From Octopus vulgaris (lineage: Eukaryota), in NCBI GenBank assembly GCA_951406725.2, contig OX597818.1, positions 19,034,001 to 19,098,000 on the forward strand: DNA of 64,000 nucleotides, given 5' to 3'. This document shows, one piece after another, positions 40,800 to 53,027 of the stretch (the stretch's first letter is position 1; each line of letters opens with the position of its first letter). The notes under the pieces were generated by a model. It did no database searches. It was given only the letters and a program-made list of their open reading frames with translations, and was not told where the DNA came from. Position numbers and translations under genes: made by a program.

Positions 40800-41110
40800 T
40801 TCTCTTTCTCTTTTAAATTTTGAAGTAAATTTTGACTGGCTACCTATATGGTAGCAAGGTTATAAGGGAAAGTATCTTCTTTCAGCTGTCATCCTTTAAA
40901 TCTTAAGAAAGTTTCGAAGATTTTTATAGTCCCAGGTGTCTTGGTCATTTCTCTCCCCAGTATCTCAAATTCAGTCACACTTTGCTTCAGACGGGTTGGT
41001 ATGTACCCTGTTCCTCCAATAATAATAGATATGTAACTGAAAGTGTATCTTAGGAATTGGATTTTCAAACTCCTTATCAATGATCCATAGATATCGTCTT
41101 CCACTTGTAC
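40800..41110 (-). mobile_element. RLE-type LINE 3' fragment related to 29820-30205
   Basis: DIYGSLIRSLKIQFLRYTFSYISIIIGGTGYIPTRL...GTIKIFETFLRF*. Confidence 0.6.
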
Positions 41111-41254
41111 TGACTGTCAGTAGATAAATGCTTGCTTGTGGCCATGAATTGTTTCGACTGTTATTTCTAGCAATGCTGGTGCTGACTTGCACCCTTAGTC
41201 ACTTTAGTGAGGGTTGTACTTGTGCCTTCTGGTTGTGAATTGCGAATAGCCTCC

Positions 41255-41306
<52 letters not shown>

Positions 41307-41349
41307 TAATAATAATAAAAATAATAATGAAATAATAATAATAAAAATA

Positions 41350-41386
<37 letters not shown>

Positions 41387-41420
41387 CGATGATGATGATG
41401 ACGAGGACGAGGACGAGGAC

Positions 41421-41508
<88 letters not shown>

Positions 41509-42141
41509 TATATATATATGGAAAAAAGTCAAGATAGAAAATGCTAAAATAATTTTATAAAAGACATTTCAGTACCGGTTCCAGTCATTGAGACTTTTTC
41601 ATCTGTAACAATTAAACAATTTAATTTAGAAAAATTAAAAGAAAAGTTGTTTTTTTTAAAGAATATTTGTATATATATTATATCCTAGTGCAGAACTCAA
41701 AGCTTATGGAGGATTCTACTTAAGATCACCAAATGTCATTAGTGTTGACTCCTTAGGTACTGTGTTGGGTTTACATCTCTTTATTACATAGACAATACAA
41801 ATGTGAGCAAACACGTGATATTCGGGCAAAACTGATATGTTGTATGATATGCCGATCGATCTTGTCAGCCTGTGAAATATGAACTCTCATTAGAGATCTT
41901 GAAAAAAATGTAAACGAAACAAAATACGTACTGTGATTAAATGCTAACATATGTTGTATGTTCTTTTGTATATCATATCTAAAAGCAGCAAAATTCGTCC
42001 AGACATGAGGCACTAATGGTTTGCTAATATCCAGTCAATTACTATATAAAGACCACTTTGTATTATTATGCTAAATGAGATCTTTCATGTGTAGAATTTT
42101 AAGCAAACAAAAAGCAAAAGGCAATATGTGTGTTTGTATGC

Positions 42142-42246
<105 letters not shown>

Positions 42247-42313
42247 TGTGTATGTATGGACATATATATGTATGTATGTATGTACATATATACACACACA
42301 CATACAGACTATA

Positions 42314-42660
42314 TGAAGGCGCATACATTCTGTGGTTAGAGCATCGAACTTACAAATGTGAGGATGTGAGTTCGATCATCGAACTGGGCGGTGTGTTGAG
42401 TTCTTGGGCAAGGCACTTTATTTCACGTTGCTCTAGTTCATTCAGGTACAGAAATGAGTTTGCGACGAAACTGGTGCCAAACTGTATTGGCCTTTGCCTT
42501 TCCTTTGGACAACATCGGAGGCTGAAATTTATGGGCAACTGATGGTCTTCCACAAAACAAAGTTGCCTGGACATATGCCTCAGAGGGGAATTTTCCATGT
42601 GCAATCCCATGGTCATTTGGGACTGTTGTGTGTGTTCGGCCTCTAAAAAATACTGAGTAT
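42314..42660 (+). mobile_element. SINE family D copy
   Basis: Reverse-complement match to 2545-2890. Confidence 0.75.
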
Positions 42661-43097
42661 ATCTCATCTCCTGAACAAACACAAACGAGAAAGATTCCTG
42701 ATCGAGATCTTAATAAAATAGAAATAGGCGCCACCGATATAGCGCCTATGAATCATGCCTTACAAGATCTTCACGTTTAACCGTCTCTATTGCAACCCTG
42801 CAACACGCAGGCTCTGTATTACTCCTCTTCAAGTTCCTTTCTTCCAAAAAAAAATCCCTCCGAAAGGCGAAAATTGAAGTGAAGTGACTGGTTATGTACA
42901 CGTGTCAAGTATTTAAAACTCTTAGGTAAACATATTCTCGTGGATTTGTCGGGACTGGGATTACTAAGAATGATGCTTCTAACCATATCTCTCATCCTGT
43001 CTGCCACCCGTTCTTTCTCTCATTTTATCTACCCTCCCTTCCCACCTGTGTGTGTGAATATATATATATGTGTGATGTGTGTGTGTGTGTGTGTGTA

Positions 43098-43983
43098 TGA
43101 AGGGGTACCCAAAAGTAACCGGAAACGTTCTCTATGAGACAAACCCGTTGTAGTTCAGGCTTTCGCTGCTAGAAGCCACTTGATGCGGCCCTCAGGTATC
43201 AGTCTGCCGACCGGCGTCGTTCTGTGATGAGCTGTCACGAGGTGTGTCTTTGATTTGCAGTGCGATTCCCTTCGTCGATTTTTGCAATGGATGAAACGAA
43301 GGAACGGCGTGCTCCGCGAAATTATTTTCTACTGGGGAAAACAGCTGCCGAAATAGTTGCCATGCTTACAGGGACGCTGTCATGAGCAAAACACAAGTTT
43401 ACGAATGGTTTCCACACTTTAGTAATGGTCACTTGTCGCTTGAAGACAACCTTGTTCAGGACAACCGTCGACCTACCGAACGAATGAAGACATCATGAAA
43501 ATTCGGGAACTGATCTTGGGGGACCGTCACCGAACAATTGGCGAACTTGTTGATATGACTGGTGTGTCCTGGAGCTCTTGCCAGCGAATTTTGAACGAGA
43601 AATTACGAATGAGAGTTGCAGTAAAATTTGTGCCTCGTTTTCTCATGGAAGATCAAAAGCATTCACGACTGAATGCGTGTCGTGAACTAAAAGAATAGTT
43701 GGAAGTTGATCCGGACCTTTTTTCGAAGGTCATCACTGATAACGAAAGCCTGTGCTACGGAATTTGAAGATGTGGAAGAGGTGAAGAAAAAAAAACAATG
43801 GAAGCGTTAAAAAGCATCACTTCTCAAGAGTTCCAGCACTGCTTCGAATAGTACAAAACGTGCCCGGGCCGATGCGTGGTTTCAAATGGAGAATACATTG
43901 AGGGCAATAAAAGTGTGGACATGTAAAACTAAGTGAATAAAATAATATTGTAAAATTCCAGTTTCTTTTTGGGCACCCCCTCG
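43098..43983 (+). mobile_element. Internally deleted mariner transposon with both TIRs
   Basis: TA-tgaaggggtacccaaaagtaaccggaa ... ttccagtttctttttgggcaccccctcg-TA; encodes IRELILGDRHRTI...VAVKFVPRFL...VITDNES. Confidence 0.9.
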
Positions 43984-44001
43984 TATACATACATACATAC
44001 A

Positions 44002-44049
<48 letters not shown>

Positions 44050-44083
44050 CATACATACATACATACATACATACATACATACA

Positions 44084-44116
<33 letters not shown>

Positions 44117-44139
44117 GTGTGTGCGTATATAATAATAAT

Positions 44140-44352
44140 CCTTTATATTATAGGCACAAGGCCTGACATTTTGGTGGTAGGGGAATACTTGATTACATCG
44201 ACCCCAGTACTCAACTGGTACTTACTTTATCGATCCCAAAGGAATGAAAGGCAAAGTCACTCTTTGCGAAATTTGAACTCAGAATGTGAAGACGGTCGAA
44301 ACACTGCTAAGCATTTCGCCCGGCGTGCTAATGATTCAGCTAGTTCGCCGCC
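44140..44352 (-). mobile_element. SINE family B copy
   Basis: Matches the family B body. Confidence 0.8.
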
Positions 44353-44389
44353 TTTTTGGGAAATAATAATAATAATAATAATAATAATA

Positions 44390-44445
<56 letters not shown>

Positions 44446-44463
44446 CTAAAAGCTTATAAGCAA

Positions 44464-44499
44464 TCATCGTATATTGACTAAAGAAGGGACACATAAACC

Positions 44500-44538
<39 letters not shown>

Positions 44539-45396
44539 TACTATACTGATATAATAAGTTGTTACCTTACCTTTTTCAGACATCTTCACCGTGAAAATAG
44601 CTGGTTGAATCTTGTTTCGGAAGATCGCCTTGAATTCTTTCCTGAATACAGGAGTGATTAGTATGTACAAAACAAAATTGAAAGTGTTGTTTGCAAACAG
44701 CATCAACACAGTTATATTGTCCAATTCACTTGCAACCGGGTGAAAAGCCACTGATATAGATATAGGCAATGTGGAAACAAGAAAGGAAAAGTTCAGTGCC
44801 AATATCAGTTTTACACTACTGCTATTGCTTCTGATGTTTTTATGCGTTATCTTATATATTAAGGTGATACTTGCCAGAATTAAGATAAATGCTGGCAAAA
44901 AGCAATAAACACTGATTTGAATTCGCATAATTTGATCTTCGCTAAGGCAACCTACGATCCTGTTGATAATACATACAACGTTGAAAATACAGAGAACCCC
45001 GAAAAGCTTCAGAATGGCGCGTTTCGGGGACATATTTACATGCCTGAGTTGATTACAAAATGGTTGGTGCACGGCGATTGTTCTCTGTACAGCTATCAAA
45101 ACTGTGAGCCAAGAAGACGTTTGCAGGCAGATATTCAACAAAAGCAGCGAAATTGTCCTGTAGAGCGGGTTGAACGAGATAGAGTTGACAAAATTTTTCA
45201 GAATGAAAGGGCTTAGTCCAAAATATAAAGATAACAAATCCATTGTGCAAAGAAATCGAAGATGTAGTACGAGTTTGAATTCCTCCGTTGATCTCTTCCG
45301 TAGGATTATCAACGATACGACATTTCCTAGAGTTCCAATGAAAACCATCAATATTCCTAAAATAATTACTATGATGGAATCTATGCGTTCAGCCAT
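44464..45396 (-). CDS. Class A (rhodopsin-like) 7TM GPCR, FMRFamide/peptide-receptor-like or lophotrochozoan chemoreceptor-like; coding exon probably ends at splice donor 44571
   Basis: Seven hydrophobic segments with GN (TM1), LCTMDL (TM2), WLTVLIAVQRTIAV.P (TM3), FLP (TM5), STLP (TM6), NNTFNFVLY (TM7) and FRKEF helix 8. The ORF tail reads into (TA)n after a strong AAG|GTAAG donor. Confidence 0.88.
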
Positions 45397-45600
45397 CGTG
45401 AAATAACTGCGTTCCAGAATTTACCAAAAGTTCGTTGAAGTAATTATATTATTTATGATATTTGGCTTTGTACAGAGAGAGAGAGGTGGTGAAGTAATAC
45501 ATACGTTTATATATGTACATATATATATATACATGTATATATACGTGAATATACATATATACGTATGTGTATATGCATAATGATTGATAGATAAACACTA

Positions 45601-45726
<126 letters not shown>

Positions 45727-46728
45727 CGGACAGAACCAGAACAGGTTGTAACTGAGGATTGAAGAGCAATGGTAGAACAACTTGTTGAAGTAATGGTCAA
45801 TTACTTTTGACGTTACACGTAGTTCTGGTGGTATATTTGGCTGAAATAGGAATATTGCATGCTGCCTTCGTAAACAAACATATTGAAAACATACAATAAT
45901 TGAATTGTGTTCCTAATGAAGACACAGCAATTGATAATCTTTGAAGTAATTGCTTCTTGCTTTAATTCTCTCTCTCCCACTTTCCCCTTCTCTCTTTTGC
46001 TTTCTCTTTTCTTTCTCTCTCCCCTTCTCTCTCTTTCTTCCTCTTTCCTTAACTTTCGATACTTAATTGTCTTTTTATTTCCTTTTTCTTCCTCCCTTTC
46101 TCAATTTGTATACATTTGTTTATGTGCAAAGGTGTGTATTCATGTATATATATATATATATATATATATACATAGAAACACACGTGCAAATACACGCACA
46201 CACACATACATACACACACACGCAGAGAGAGAGAGGGAGAGAAAGAGAGAAACAAATCGCCATTACTCTGTAGGTTTGCCATAAGTACATACACACCCAC
46301 GCGCTTATATAATATACACACCCAATATGTAGGTATATAAGGTGATTGAGAATATAAGGCTAGCCCCTAAATTAGCGTTTAAAATGCAAGGTTTGAGTTT
46401 TGCGATTTGCATAGAGTACCCAGCAATATTTTACAATCTTATGTACAGGAGTTGAATTTAACTCAACGTATAACAGTCTTTTACAAGACAGTCATGCGTT
46501 CCAGTTAGCTTATATTTATAGATGTTGAATCAAATCTAACACTTGAAACCTATAGCTAGTTATATAAGGTTAACAAAATTATAAAGGCTTCTTGTTAGTG
46601 GTTGGTGAAGACAATGTTCCAGCAGTTACAGAGGTATTGTAGTTTTGCACTTACCACTGAGCGACTACTACCTCATCATTCCTTTAACAACTATGTCAAT
46701 GACTAGTGGAATGATGCTAGTTTAACAT

Positions 46729-47078
46729 CAAAGTCCATCCCCTCCTCACCGTGGTGGGGATGTTGGCAACGGGTAGTGTCAGAGCTATGCCGTCAGGAAC
46801 TTCGGTTCCCGGAAGGGCCACCCAAGGCGGATTGGTCTGACACCGAGTGGTAATAGGGCCACAACCCGGCAGACGGGGCTCTGGTGAAAATCCTCGGAGT
46901 GTCTGCTTCGGCAACCGGCGGCTCCTCGGTCGTTCTGCGGCAAACAGGATGTCTCCACATGCAGGATTGTTGGGGACCGCTTGTGAAATCCACATATTCC
47001 CACGAAACTTCTTCCATGAGTAGAAGAAGCCGACTCAACCCGCCCAGGGTGAATGTCGCCACAAGTCAAGTCAAGTCA
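46729..47078 (+). mobile_element. Short non-autonomous RTE(BovB-like)-derived retroposon with (AAGTC)n tail and TSD
   Basis: gagctatgccgt...agggccacccaaggcgga..ggtc resembles the RTE/BovB 5' motif; flanked by the direct repeat agtttaacat (46719-46728, 47079-47088). Confidence 0.75.
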
Positions 47079-47759
47079 AGTTTAACATACAGCTAATTAA
47101 TACTGTCTTGATTATTAAAATTTAGGTCAATTCATTTCAAATAATAGCAAATCAGTCAATAGCTTAGCTACTATAGTAGCCATGGATTCTAAGACGGGTC
47201 ACAGTTATGCCAACTTCTTCATAGGATAAATAATGGGGACTGGATCTTCTACTGGTTCAAACAATCCGAATTTGTACAATCGTTGTAGTAATGGATGAAG
47301 GCGCAGTATGGCCAAATGGTTTTTAAGAAGTTTGCTCTGCAACCACGACGTTCCGAGTTCAATTCCACTGCGCGGTATCTTAGGGAAATATCATTTTCTA
47401 TAGTCTCGGCTCAATCTGTACTTTGCCAGAGCAATTAGATAGGTGTAAACTGCATAGAAGCCTATCGAATGGCTTATATCTGTCATTCAAATGATAAAAC
47501 CTTGTAACACAGTGTGTTATACTGAGACTCTACGTGAAAAGTCCGTTAAAGGTACACGTGTCTAAGGAATAGCCAACTACTTACACTGTTGCGCTACTTA
47601 CACTTACATTAATTACAAATAGATTAATTGCGAATACTTACAACTATTTCAGGAGCGAGTAATACTATTGATCGGGTAAATGAATCCTCTTCGTCGAACG
47701 ATGGAGAACCACCACACCACCATTTCCACCATCATACTAAAGATTCTATTGGTGTAATG

Positions 47760-47797
<38 letters not shown>

Positions 47798-48774
47798 TCT
47801 TCTTTCTCTTCCGCTCTGTCCATCCATATATCCGGTACTATCAGAAAACATCACTCAGATGAAAGACATTGTCCGAAACGTTACAGCTTGTTCGTCGTCG
47901 CTCCAAACCAGTTAATAAAACTCGTTAAACGGGATCAATAGGCAGAATTTTTTGAACGTCAGACGAATATCTTAGGGTAATTTTTTCGGCGCTTTGTATT
48001 CTGAATTCAAATCCTACTGAAGTTGGCATTGCCTTTCAGTACCAACGCCTGGGATGAAAACAAAAATAAATAACTCTCAGAATTGAATACAGTACGCTGT
48101 GAAAGATTAATAGGGAACATCATAGTGACGCATTCACAACACAAGTGAATATTTATGCTCTGCTTGCTCTGAGGGAGGCGACGAGTTCTCATTCAAGTAT
48201 GTGGCTGGGTGGTTGTAGGTGAACAATCATTGAAGAGGCCTAAGAAGACCGAAATACCTCGAGCGTCCTCGCTGGCTGTTGCTAGGACGATTGTTTTTCA
48301 CACAGCTCGTCCCTAAGAAATGTTATCATGGGATGAATACCACAATAACTAGCCTATCAGCGATTTATATGCATTAAATATGATATCTATATGACTTATT
48401 TTAATTTAATACTAGTGGTTAGGCTATTGCACTTATGATCGCTAGATCGTGGGTTCGATTCCCTGACTGGTCGGCGCGTTGTGTTCTTGAGCAAAACGCT
48501 TCATTTCACATTGCTCCAGTCCTCCTTCGATCGGAGGGGGGATTGTTGGCCTGCTCTCCTAGCCATCGGGATGGCGTCTTTTGAAGGCTATTACAGTGCA
48601 AAACTGTATTGTATCCAGCGACTTGTAACGACATCTGATAGCCTGATCGGTCATGTGATCACGTGACTGCTTCAGTTAAGTTTATCGACGAAATGAGACC
48701 ACCCCGGAGGTGAACAAAAATGACAGTTATCGATATTTCGCAGATTTTTCTACTCAGCAGTGCCATATACATCT

Positions 48775-48935
48775 CGCTTCCACACAATTTTCGCCTACCA
48801 ATTTCACTTACAATGTATTGACCAGCTCGAGGCCGCGGTAGAAGACAATTACCTAAGATGCCAAGCAATAGGATTGAACCCGAGACGACGTGGTTCGAGG
48901 CGAACTTCTTAACCATGCACACAACCATGCCTACA
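48775..48935 (-). mobile_element. SINE family A head (diverged)
   Basis: gtagaagacaattacctaagatgcc...tgaacccgagacgacgtggtt. Confidence 0.6.
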
Positions 48936-49299
48936 TATATATCGAATTATTGAATATATGATGGAAAAATGATTCAACCACCAAAAGCATTATGAAAACA
49001 AATAAAAAATCTTACAAAAACACTTGACACACACATATCTCACACATACACATCTCATATACATACACACATCTCTCTCACACACACACGTTCGCACGCG
49101 CACATATCTCACTTATGATAGAGCCTCTACAGAGTTGCTCGATATGCTAAAAGTAACAGTCAAATATCCATCAAGTAAAATCCCATCATTTTAAAATAAG
49201 GAAGGTAGAATCGGATAGCACTCAACAAGATGGAATGGTTTCGACCGGAATACTTATTGGTCATAAGCCTTTTCGGTTAGAGTTGCAACAACAGCCGCA

Positions 49300-49790
49300 G
49301 TGGAGGCGCAATGGCCCAGTGGTTAGGGCAGCGGACTCGCGGTCGTAAGAACGCGGTTTCGATTCCCAGACTGGGCATTGTGAGTGTTTATTGAGCAAAA
49401 ACACCTAAGCCCCTCGAGGCTCCGGTGGGGGGGGGGGGAACCCACTGTACTCGTTCACCACAACTTTCTTTCACTCTTTCCTCATACTTCTGCCACAAAG
49501 CAGAGGAACTATGGTGTAACCCAATATGGTGTGGTAAACTTTCAGGCCCTAGTCTAGATTGCGAATCCTCTGTACCCCAGGATGGTTCAGCTCTCCACCC
49601 GTTAAAAGCCACCGTTTACGGAATGAGGATAACAACGTAGCTTTCGCGCCCGTGCAACCGCCAGTCTATCGCGTGTGGTGGGTGGATCTTCAAGTTGCCA
49701 CACGCATTCTTAGTAGCTTAGAGTAGGCTCGAATTAGAGATTATTCTTTGTGACTAATGGCGGGGCCCCTGATTGGAAGAAAAAGACGAC
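49300..49790 (+). mobile_element. tRNA(Arg)-like SINE, family C, full length
   Basis: A box TGGCCCAGTGG, anticodon-like ctcgc, B-box-like GTTTCGATTCCC; three colinear copies in the window. Confidence 0.9.
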
Positions 49791-51599
49791 AACAATAATG
49801 ATAACGACGACGACGGCACAACAGCAACAGCCTCACTTCCAATGAAACTCGCTTCTAAAGGCGCCTGCTTCGTAGTTGCTCAACCTGATAGTTTTCATTC
49901 CGAATACAAGAAATAGCAGTAAAGTCTCTCTCAATTTTTTTTCCCTTTTTTTATCACCGAAAATGCAAATTGAACAAATTGTATCTATGACTTGAGAGAT
50001 AAAATAAGCGGTAATAATGGTCAAAATTGTAATGCCTTTGATAATAAGAATTCTGCAATTAGGGCTGACATATACGTCTAATATACAACACCGCGATCAC
50101 CTTCACCACCACCACCACCACCACCGCCTCCTCCACCACCACCACCACTGCTTCGCAATCGCCTCTGCCGCCACACCGGCCTCGCCTCCGCCCAGCCTCC
50201 GCCTCCGTCTCGACTCCGCCTCCGCGGCCGCCCCCGCTGCCTCGCCACCACCGCCACCATCACCACCAATAACAATAATAACAACAATCATGCAATTTAA
50301 TTAGATTACTACTGGCAATTGAAACGTCAATTTTTCCGTGACTAACAGGCTGGACCGAATTCATTTTGTTTTGTATTTAATTAGAAAGAAGAAAGACGAC
50401 AGCAACAAGTATTAGAAAAATAACAGCAGCAACAACAACAATAACACCGTCACAATGAAACTGATGCTGGCGTCCACTACCACCATCACCACAACAACAA
50501 CGGTAACATCATTACCACCGTTATCACTACCAACAACAACACAGCAACCATCACCATCACTAGCACATGTTCCACCACCAATTACCTCCGCCAACAACAA
50601 CAACACCAACCATTACCATCACTAGCACATGTTCCACCACCAATTACCTCCGCCAACAACAACAACGTTTCCACCAGCATCAGCAGCAACATCAACAATG
50701 CCGTTACCATCACCACCTTCATCATCCACAACAGCGACAACATCACGTGATAGCGAGGACGCTTCTACAACGTTGCTCGCCTTGGATGAAGTTGGAGTCG
50801 AATTTTCGTGAAATAGTTCACCATATCGCCTCAAAACCCGTTAGTGCTAAATATGATATGCCAGAAAAGAAGACAGGATGGTCATAGGAACGATGTATAT
50901 CAAATGATAAATTCCTGAGCCACAAAAATATTTCTCTCAGTACGAAGGTACTTCGCCAGTGCACGACTGAAGCTCACGAAGTATCACGAAGCTCGGTTCT
51001 AAAATCCTTTGCAAAGCTGTCCTACACAATACTCGTACAATCCCACCCACTACCAAACAATAAGGGTGATGGCAAAGTCGTTAAAACGTCAGATAAAATG
51101 TCTCGCAGTATTTGTTCCGGCTCTTGTCAGTGTGAGTTCAAATTCTGGTGTATCAACTTCATTTTCATTTAGATAAGAAAAAAACCCATAACAAAGCGTT
51201 GGATTGGCAGAACTGTTAAAACGTTGGTCTAGGTAGCTTAGAATATTTGTTCCTGTTCTGGTTTCAAATCAATGTATTTCCCTCATGATTAAAACATAAT
51301 ATTTGCGCAATTTATCAAGAAATACCACTTAACTTCAAACACCACGCAGCTTGAAGGATAACTACATGAATAGCAACAATGATTGCATCAATAATGATAA
51401 TAGAAAGAAGATAACTACTGTGAATTCACTTCCTAATATTATGTCATCGCAGAGCATTTAAAAATAAATAACCGTTTCACACACACAAAAATTAACTTTG
51501 TAAACACGATGCACAAATCTAAAAATATTTCGATGCAACATTAACGGCATTAAAAACATCGTTATCGAACTAAAAGATTTTATCATGATGCAAGATAAG

Positions 51600-51805
51600 A
51601 CAGCGAGCTGGCAGAATTGTTAACGAATCAGATAAAATGCAGTAGCCACATTTCTTCAGGCACATTACGTTCTGAGTTCAAATTACACCGAGGTCGACTT
51701 TGCCTTTCATCCTTTCGAGATCGATAAAGTAAGTACCAATTAATTATCGGGATCAATGTATTCTCCCCATTAAATTACTAGCTTTGTGTCAAAATTTGGA
51801 ACCCT
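51600..51805 (+). mobile_element. SINE family B copy (diverged)
   Basis: gcgagctggcagaa...ttacgttctgagttcaaatt...gaggtcgactttgcctttcatcctttcg. Confidence 0.8.
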
Positions 51806-52063
51806 TATCGCTCATGACACATAATATTCTAAGGAGCATTTTTTTCCTGCGAGAATACAAAATACCCAGCATTCGAAAATATACTCAAACCAGATCAAGT
51901 AGATCCTTTTATAACTTGCTTTCAAAGATATAGAACATCACAAATGACATCCATAAACTAATGTGGAATGATAGAACAGTATTAGATGTAGGTTTCCAAA
52001 ATATAAAATTGCTACACGAAGCTAATTAATATAAACATATATATATACAGCAGAGAGAGATAC

Positions 52064-52110
<47 letters not shown>

Positions 52111-52150
52111 TATATGTGCACACACACATACACACACTCATATATATGTA

Positions 52151-52948
52151 CAGGGTGTCCCCCAAAAATGTACTCACATTTTGACTCCCCATAACTCACT
52201 GAATTTTTCAATTCTTTTCCGATCAATTTGACCCTAATAATGGCAGCAGTATGCCTAAATTTTGAAGTAAGAAAATTTATCATAAAATGCTATTGAAAGC
52301 ATGAAAATATGGAAGTGCAAAGTCAATTTAGAGGACAGTTTCACAAAAATCCACCAATGCGATGCACCATAGCTCGCATATGAGATAGGTTTGAATCAGA
52401 TGGAACTGTGATTAATGTCCATAAGGAGCATTCAGGAAGACCACGGTCATCAACCAACCCCACAAAGGAAGAACGATTGCTGGAAGCCTTCTGGGAATCC
52501 CAACTGAAATCTGTATGACAAATGGCTCGTGAGATGGAGATCCCCAAATAAAGTGCCCATCGCATTTTAAAGCGAGTTCGTTGGAAATGTTACACTCCAA
52601 TATTAATCTACGCTCTAAATAAAGACGATCCTAACCAGAAAGTTGAATTATGTGAGTGGTATCTGGGCAAGATGCAGCATTTACATCCAAAACTGTTTCA
52701 ACTGATGGGGGCCAGTTTTAAGTTACATGGCTCAATTAACCGACACAGTTGCAACTACTGGGCTCCTAAAAATCTGCATGTCACTATGGAACACCATTGG
52801 TCAATGGTATCAGCTGTGTTTGGAGAGTGGTGGTCATCAGTTTGAACATTGATAAAAATGAATTTATCCACTTTGTGTTTAACCATTAATCATTGTCAAT
52901 AAACAGTACATTTATTGTCATTTAAAGAGTGAGTGCATATTTTGACCA
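52151..52948 (+). mobile_element. Internally deleted Tc1/mariner-superfamily element (DUF4817/Tc3-like transposase)
   Basis: TA-cagggtgtccc...tgtactcac terminus and degenerate gtgagtgcatatttt right end; RFESDGTV...HSGRPRS...TDGASFKLHGSINRHSCNYWAPKN. Confidence 0.8.
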
Positions 52949-52967
52949 CGTATTTGTAAATTTGAAC

Positions 52968-53022
<55 letters not shown>

Positions 53023-53027
<5 letters not shown>

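Noticed and set aside
47851-48265. Two further hammerhead-like strings (cagatga...gaaacgtta; ttgaaga...gaaata)
   Set aside because: Core mutations and no clear stem I.
49300-49378. Possible tRNA-Arg gene
   Set aside because: Acceptor stem is broken and the sequence continues into a multi-copy SINE body; the same applies to the other tRNA-like heads.
50017-50887. His/Pro/Gln-rich ORFs resembling transcription-factor exons
   Set aside because: Mostly CCA/CAA/CCG trinucleotide repeats, open in several frames on both strands, with no domain recognised.
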